DNA from: Bacteroidota bacterium
Lineage (GTDB): Bacteria; Bacteroidota; Ignavibacteria; Ignavibacteriales; Ignavibacteriaceae
Reading direction: 5' to 3'
Assembly (NCBI GenBank): GCA_021824145.1
Contig: JAKALM010000010.1
Coordinates: 104,013-144,012, forward strand
Length of the DNA: 40,000 bases
Under the pieces are notes generated by a model. That model was not told the DNA's origin and ran no database searches. It was given only the letters and a program-made list of their open reading frames with translations. Position 1 is the stretch's first letter. Every line of letters begins with the position of its first letter. The translations under genes and the position numbers were made by a program. This document shows positions 34,958-40,000 of the stretch, one piece after another.

Positions 34958-35310
34958 ATGAATGGGTGTAGAGACGAAGTTGAGAATTGCAAAATAATGC
35001 CTTCTATAATAGTAAGTATGAAATATGGCAGAGAAAAAGGGACGAACAAAATCAGAAGTTGATGCAATCATTTGATGGCTTACTGGTTATTGCCAGAAAA
35101 AACTGAACACCCGCTAAATAACACGAACTTTGAAAATTTCTTTGCACTACCTCCTAACCTCAATCTTTCACGAAATCTGATTAAAAGAGTAGTATACGGC
35201 GTACATGTAAAAACATTTAAGTATAGCTTATGCGAGAAGTTCGCTTTTTAGATAAGCTTATCGATGAGTTGGCTAATGGAAATAAAATAGAAAAAATACT
35301 ACGGCAATGA
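34958..35310 (+). pseudogene. Decayed DUF2200-like gene
   Basis: Three frames together spell a DUF2200-type protein as I remember that family: AEKKGRTKSEVDAII-stop-WLTGY, then TNFENFFALPPNLNLSRNLIKRVVYGVHV, then MREVRFLDKLIDELANGNKIEKILRQ-stop (ends 35310). At least 2 frameshifts and 1 in-frame stop. The family assignment is from memory. Confidence 0.5.
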
Positions 35311-35471
35311 AAACTTATTTTTGTATTAAAACATAAAATATTCCTATACCAATCTATTAACGAAAAATTGCAAAAAATAAATGTTAATTATTTTACAGAC
35401 TCAAGAATAAAAGAAAATTATTCTCTTTTTTCGTCCTTGTCACTATCATAAAATTCTAATGACTGAAATTC

Positions 35472-36785
35472 TTATTCAATTAAATGAAGTTGTTTATTTC
35501 TATTTCTTATGCTTTTCTTTTTACGGCTGTTATTTCTATGATTTCTTTTCTTTTTCTTTCGAGCATCATCAAGAAGAAAATCTTTGCCAGTATTGCGTTT
35601 AAATTTGTGCAGTTTATCTGATGAAGATTTACTAACTTCACTATTATCTGTCTGATTAAATGGATGATCTTTAATTACTGGAATAGGAATATTTATAAGT
35701 TTATTGATGCTTTTTAATAAATGTTTTTCTTCATTGTCGCAGAATGAAAGTGCAACTCCGCTTAAGCCGGCTCTACCAGTCCTCCCTATCCGATGAATGT
35801 ATGTTCCGGATTCCTCTGGCATTTCATAATTAATTACATGTGAAAGCTTTGTAACGTCAATTCCGCGAGATGCAATATCTGTTGCTACAAGGACTCTGGT
35901 TCTTTTTGATTTAAAATTACTCAACGCTTTCTGCCTAGCATTTTGGGATTTATTACCGTGTATAGCTTCGGCTGCAATCTTTGCATTGTTCAAAATTTTT
36001 GTTACTTGGTCGGCACCACGTTTTGTACGAGTAAAGACTAATGCAGAGTCTATCGAATTGTCCTTCAACAAATGAATAAGAAGCGATTTCTTTTGAGGCT
36101 TAGTAACAAAATAGACTCCCTGCTTAATTGTTTCAACTGCTGGTGAGTTTGGCGTTACTTCAATTTTTACTGGATTTAATAAAATATTTTTTGAAAGTTT
36201 TATAATTTCAGGAGGCATAGTTGCTGAAAAAAACAGAGTTTGTCTTTTTTCTGGCAGCATTGAAATTATTTTTTTAATATCAACAATAAATCCCATGTCT
36301 AGCATTCTATCAGCTTCATCAAGCACGAATAATTTTATATCTTTCAATGAAATAAACTTTTGATTGATAAGATCAAGCAGCCTGCCAGGAGTTGCAATAA
36401 GTATATCAACTCCTTTCTTTAAAATTTCAGTCTGCTTATTTTGTGAAACGCCGCCGAAAATTACCGCACTTTTTAGTCCAGTATATTTTCCATAAACTGT
36501 AAAGTTTTCTTTTATTTGAAGCGCAAGTTCTCTTGTTGGAGTAAGAATTAAAGAATTAAGAACCTTTTTAGATCTATTCTCATGCCTTTCTGAATGAAGA
36601 ATTTGAAGAATTGGCAAAGCAAAAGCTGCAGTTTTTCCGGTTCCGGTCTGTGCACAGCCAAGAATATCATTCCTTTCTAAAATAACTGGTATTGCTTGCT
36701 TTTGTATCTCAGTAGGATGTTCATAACCTTTTTCTTCCAGCGCCTTATGTAATGGTTTTATAAGATTTAAATTTTCAAATGACAT
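35472..36785 (-). CDS. rhlE: DEAD-box ATP-dependent RNA helicase, RhlE-like
   Basis: Q-motif region GYEHPTEIQ, motif I AQTGTGKTAAF, Ia PTRELA, II DEAD, III SAT, VI HRIGRTGRAG. Lys/Arg-rich C-terminal tail (KKKKRNHRNNSRKKKSIRNRNK). SD aggaaa. Confidence 0.92.
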   Translation of the reverse strand: MSFENLNLIKPLHKALEEKGYEHPTEIQKQAIPVILERNDILGCAQTGTGKTAAFALPILQILHSERHENRSKKVLNSLILTPTRELALQIKENFTVYGKYTGLKSAVIFGGVSQNKQTEILKKGVDILIATPGRLLDLINQKFISLKDIKLFVLDEADRMLDMGFIVDIKKIISMLPEKRQTLFFSATMPPEIIKLSKNILLNPVKIEVTPNSPAVETIKQGVYFVTKPQKKSLLIHLLKDNSIDSALVFTRTKRGADQVTKILNNAKIAAEAIHGNKSQNARQKALSNFKSKRTRVLVATDIASRGIDVTKLSHVINYEMPEESGTYIHRIGRTGRAGLSGVALSFCDNEEKHLLKSINKLINIPIPVIKDHPFNQTDNSEVSKSSSDKLHKFKRNTGKDFLLDDARKKKKRNHRNNSRKKKSIRNRNKQLHLIE

Positions 36786-37043
36786 TGAGTTTTTCCTTTT
36801 TTAGACCAGATGGTAAAAGTTTCTTAGGTTTTTAAAACAACGGTCGGATTATTGATATTTTTTATAGATGGGTAAGCTGCAAGAATTTTCGAAGCAAACT
36901 TTCCATAAATATGTATCAAACATATGATATTTTAACGATATCTCAAAGTGTGAAAGTTAAATATCGAAATCTTGTATAATAGAAATAATTGATTTCTTTG
37001 ATTGATAACCTGGTATTTAGTGGTAATGGATTAATATTAAATA

Positions 37044-37312
37044 CCTGTTGTGTGAATTAAAAATTAATCATAGAAAACTGTTGAAACAGTTACTAAATAA
37101 AAGAGTGATTTTATTAAAGGGCTGTCCCAAAAGTTGAGTAGAAGTCATTGCGAGGAGTGAAACGACGAAGCAATCTTTTGTTTTTAATTCAAAATTCAGA
37201 TCACTTCGCTTCTCTCGTGATGACAACATTACTTTTTGGACAGCCCCTTAATATGAAAAACGTGCTTTATTAGAGCCGTTTCAACGGCTTACAATCTAAT
37301 TCACACAACTGG
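37044..37312 (-). mobile_element. Family-B MITE-like element, copy B2 (composite, carries A3 at its centre)
   Basis: TIRs cctgttgtgtgaatt (37044) / aattcacacaactgg (ends 37312). Both arms are near-identical to B1/B3 in reverse orientation. Lies in the divergent rhlE / MFS intergenic region. Confidence 0.85.
37119..37247 (+). repeat. Family-A palindromic repeat, copy A3 (nested in B2)
   Basis: gggctgtcccaaaagttgagtagaagtcattgcgaggagtgaaacgacgaagcaatc...cacttcgcttctctcgtgatgacaacattactttttggacagcccc. Bounded by ttaa (37114-37117, one a in between) and ttaa (37248-37251). Confidence 0.85.
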
Positions 37313-37408
37313 TTAAATGTAAAAAAGGACTTAATTAATATGACAAGCTTTACTAGATATATCGCAGAAAATTTATAAATTCAATTTCAAAATTTCATTG
37401 GAGTAAAA

Positions 37409-38737
37409 ATGTCAGAAATAAATCCAGAATTACAAATCAACAAAACGGAACCTACACCATTTTATAGGTGGATGATACTTCTGTTTTTAAGCATTGCTAT
37501 GTTCGGCAATTATTATGTCTACGATTCTATTTCACTAGTTGCAGATCAGTTGAAAGCCGGACTTCATTTTACAGACCTTGATATTGGACAGCTTTACTCC
37601 GTTTACAGTCTTGCTGCAATCATTGTTCTGATATTCGGTGGAATATTAGTGGATAAATGGGGAACGAAAAAATCGGCATTAATTTTTGCTTCTATTTGTA
37701 CTGTTTCTGGGTTTTTAGTTGCTTTCTCTTCAAATTTATATTTAATGCTTGCCGGAAGATTTCTGCTAGGAATTGGTTCTGAACCTTTAATTGTTGCAAT
37801 TACTGTTGCAATAGCAAAATGGTATAAAGGAAAAGTGATAAGCTTTGCAATGGGATTAAATTTGTTTTTTGCCAGAAGCGGAACCGTAGCCGTTGATAAT
37901 TCAGCTTCAATCTTCCCAGGTTTATACAGCAAAGGTTTTGCAAGTCCTTTATATGTAGCTGCTTTAATAGGTGTACTTTCGCTAGTTGGTATCTTAGTCT
38001 ATTATATAATTGAATCTGCTGGCGAAAAGAAATTCGTACTTGGCGGCAGCGGTGAGACAGATAAATTAAATCTAAAAACAATTTTTAAGTTCAACAAATC
38101 ATTCTGGTATATTACTTTATTATGTGTCACTTTTTATTCAGCAATATTTCCATTTAGAGCATTTGCTGTTAAATTTTTTATGGAAGCACACCATTTACCG
38201 CGTGAAACAGCCGGTTGGATGATATCGAATTTACCATTAGCAGCAATGTTCGCTACTCCACTTATTGGTTTGTTTGTAGATTATATTGGCAAACGAGCAT
38301 TATTAATGACGATAGGATCCATTTTACTTTTACCAGTTTATTTACTTATGGCATACAGTAATCTTTCACTTTATGTACCAATAATAATGATGGGAGTTGC
38401 ATTTTCTTTAATACCAGCAGTTATGTGGCCTTCGGTAGCTTATATTGTAGAAGAAAAACGCCTTGGGTCTGCTTATGCGCTAATGACTTTAATTCAACAA
38501 ATAGGAATGATGATCTTCCCTCTTCTTATCGGAGTTGCAAACGATTATTCAGGAGCAAGCGCCGCTAACCCAGGAGGATATGCACTTGGTATGTGGATTT
38601 TTTCAGTCCTCGGAATATTAGGACTAATCTTTGCCTACTTATTACGGAAATCAGAAACTGGCCCCAATGGGCATGGACTTGAACTCAGCAAAGCTGAGGC
38701 TGAAAAGTTAAAATTGGCTATGGAACCAATAAGTTAG
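37409..38737 (+). CDS. MFS transporter
   Basis: About 12 hydrophobic helices in a 6+6 layout with a central loop. Motif-A-like GGILVDKWGTKKS between TM2 and TM3. Confidence 0.85.
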   Translation: MSEINPELQINKTEPTPFYRWMILLFLSIAMFGNYYVYDSISLVADQLKAGLHFTDLDIGQLYSVYSLAAIIVLIFGGILVDKWGTKKSALIFASICTVSGFLVAFSSNLYLMLAGRFLLGIGSEPLIVAITVAIAKWYKGKVISFAMGLNLFFARSGTVAVDNSASIFPGLYSKGFASPLYVAALIGVLSLVGILVYYIIESAGEKKFVLGGSGETDKLNLKTIFKFNKSFWYITLLCVTFYSAIFPFRAFAVKFFMEAHHLPRETAGWMISNLPLAAMFATPLIGLFVDYIGKRALLMTIGSILLLPVYLLMAYSNLSLYVPIIMMGVAFSLIPAVMWPSVAYIVEEKRLGSAYALMTLIQQIGMMIFPLLIGVANDYSGASAANPGGYALGMWIFSVLGILGLIFAYLLRKSETGPNGHGLELSKAEAEKLKLAMEPIS

Positions 38738-38749
38738 CATTTATAATAA

Positions 38750-39018
38750 CCAGTTGTGTGAATTAGATTGTAAGCCGTTTAAACGGCTCTAATAAAGCAC
38801 GTTTTTCATATTAACGGGCTGTCCAAAAAGTAATGTTGTTATCACGAGAGAAGCGAAGTGATCTGAATTTTAAATTAAAAACAAAAGATTGCTTCGTCGT
38901 TTCACTCCTCGCAATGACTTCTACTCTACTTTTGGGACAACTCCTTAATAAAATCACTCTTTTATTTAGTAACTGTTTCAACAGTTTTCTATGATTAATT
39001 TTTAATTCACACAACAGG
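38750..39018 (+). mobile_element. Family-B MITE-like element, copy B3 (composite, carries A4), with 10-bp flanking direct repeat
   Basis: TIRs ccagttgtgtgaatt / aattcacacaacagg. Perfect direct repeat tttataataa at 38740-38749 and 39019-39028 immediately outside the TIRs. Starts 12 nt after the MFS stop. Confidence 0.88.
38815..38944 (-). repeat. Family-A palindromic repeat, copy A4 (nested in B3)
   Basis: cgggctgtccaaaaagtaatgttgttatcacgagagaagcgaagtgatc...gattgcttcgtcgtttcactcctcgcaatgac...tacttttgggacaactcc. Bounded by ttaa (38811-38814) and ttaa (38945-38948). Confidence 0.85.
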
Positions 39019-39259
39019 TTTATAATAATATAAAAAGCTTTCACACTTGTGGAGGCTTTTTTTTATAGCAAAGTCTTTCAACTGATTACTTCCAATTTTA
39101 GTTAATCGATCTTTTCCTGCTAAGCTTGAAGAATTCGATTCTAATTTTTAAATGAAAATTTAGTTTGGTTAATGTCACACCTTCGCTTAAAATTATTGTT
39201 AAGTATATGCTTAAGTTATTTATTTGTCGCACTGATTTTTTTTCTTGGGAACTTAGACG

Positions 39260-40000
39260 ATGAAAGTTTTATCAAGCTTATTAATAATATTTCTATTTGC
39301 ATATAATAATAGATCATTTGCAGGCCCGCCATTCAAAACTGATGATCCGATACCAGTTCTTTATTTACATGGTGAACTCTATTTGTTCTCTACAGGAATT
39401 TTTGATGCTTCGGGAGCTAATGGAGTTGGACCTGCATTGGAATTCAACTACGGCATTTTACCAAATACTCAGTTCCATATTGTTTTGCCGTTATCATTTT
39501 CTTCTCCTAAACATGAACCTTCACAGATCGGATATGGCGATACAGAAATAGGAGTAAAATTTAGATTTGTAAAGCAAACAGATATATTGCCGGATATTGC
39601 AGTTTTTCCTTTAGTAGAAATTCCAACAGGTAATGCGGCTAAAGGTTTGGGCAATGGAAAAGCACAAGTATATCTTCCATTATGGCTTCAAAAAGATTTT
39701 GGCAAATGGACAGTTTATGGCGGCGGTGGTTATTGGATAAATCCTGGTCCCGGCAATAAAAATTGGGAATTCACCGGTATTCTAATACAATATAATTTTA
39801 CAGATGATTTCTTTTTAGGAACTGAGTTATTTCATCAAACTCAGTCTTCATTAAATTCACCTAATAATACTGGACTGCATTTCGGCGGCGGTCTGCCGAT
39901 TGTTAAAAACTATCAAATACTTTTTTCCGCTGATCTCGGCAACGGCATTACTTCATACAAACATTTTTCTTATTACCTTGGGCTTTATCATACTTTTTAA
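39260..40000 (+). CDS. Outer-membrane beta-barrel protein (resembles the 'MetA-pathway of phenol degradation' transporter family)
   Basis: Signal peptide (IIFLFAYNNRSFA-GP). Mature N-terminus PFKTDDP, typical of that OMP family. Alternating beta-strand pattern. C-terminal YLGLYHTF ends in Phe. Confidence 0.65.
   Translation: MKVLSSLLIIFLFAYNNRSFAGPPFKTDDPIPVLYLHGELYLFSTGIFDASGANGVGPALEFNYGILPNTQFHIVLPLSFSSPKHEPSQIGYGDTEIGVKFRFVKQTDILPDIAVFPLVEIPTGNAAKGLGNGKAQVYLPLWLQKDFGKWTVYGGGGYWINPGPGNKNWEFTGILIQYNFTDDFFLGTELFHQTQSSLNSPNNTGLHFGGGLPIVKNYQILFSADLGNGITSYKHFSYYLGLYHTF

Noticed and set aside
10220-35310. Stop-codon reassignment as an explanation for in-frame TGA/TAG/TAA in the GNAT- and DUF2200-like regions
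   Set aside because: All three stop codons terminate well-supported genes in this window (TGA for the kinase at 2806, TAA for pirin, TAG for the MFS gene). The regions also need frameshifts. Pseudogenes are the simpler reading.
37603-38081. Track ORFs 37603..37932 (-) and 37800..38081 (-)
   Set aside because: They are antisense to the MFS transporter CDS.
12931-39018. Could the dispersed repeats be a CRISPR array or its remnants?
   Set aside because: The copies are 4-20 kb apart, occur in both orientations, are ~129-270 nt long and are internally palindromic. There is no regular repeat-spacer periodicity and no cas genes.
38811-39044. Track ORF 38811..39044 (-), 77 aa
   Set aside because: It is entirely a translation of the nested A4/B3 repeat (contains ...VIARSETTKQS...). 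The same peptide would be produced at every copy of the element.
39297-39654. Track ORFs 39297..39551 (+) and 39469..39654 (-)
   Set aside because: They are off-frame or antisense within the OM beta-barrel CDS.
1-40000. Prophage, integrative element, tRNA/rRNA or other ncRNA genes
   Set aside because: No integrase, transposase, phage structural or replication gene was seen. No tRNA-like or rRNA-like GC-rich structured segment is visible. The only GC-enriched non-coding stretches are the A/B repeats.

Overview
AT-rich (about 30% G+C by eye) chromosomal segment from a diderm bacterium. It may belong to an Ignavibacteria/FCB-like or another low-GC environmental lineage, but the taxon cannot be fixed without a database search.

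Left part (1-18.8 kb): signalling and housekeeping-type genes.
- A REC+multi-PAS protein that runs off the left edge and is missing from the ORF track.
- A 1788-aa sensor histidine kinase of HisKA_2 type with about ten PAS modules.
- An orphan ABC ATPase, a pirin, and a second PAS kinase.
- Exported hypothetical proteins, a SAM methyltransferase, a PaaI-type thioesterase and an HMA+CDF-like metal transporter.
- A decayed GNAT gene.

Centre (19.2-33.5 kb, minus strand): the standout. This is an 11-gene, tightly packed and partly overlapping operon in which every product carries a signal peptide or a membrane anchor. It encodes:
- a vWA + 2x OmpA-like protein;
- a 4-TM inner-membrane protein and a bitopic coiled-coil protein;
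- beta-barrel-like proteins;
- LPP20/FlgT-like and TolB-N/FlgO-like scaffold proteins;
- a BNR beta-propeller;
- an exported TPR-CHAT caspase-like protease with an intact His/Cys dyad;
- a CHASE2 protein with no output domain;
- a FecR-like/TPR protein.

I read this operon as a candidate uncharacterised trans-envelope protease/sensor system.

Right part (33.8-40 kb): a small Fn3 protein, an AT-rich gap holding a decayed DUF2200-like gene, an RhlE-like DEAD-box helicase, an MFS transporter and an outer-membrane beta-barrel.

Repeats: two families of miniature palindromic elements occur in the window. Family A (~129 nt) has 4 copies. Family B (~159 nt as an empty unit) has 3 copies. Two of the B copies carry an A copy nested exactly at their centre.

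I saw no rRNA, tRNA, CRISPR array, transposase or integrase.

All domain calls rest on motif recognition by eye. No searches were run.
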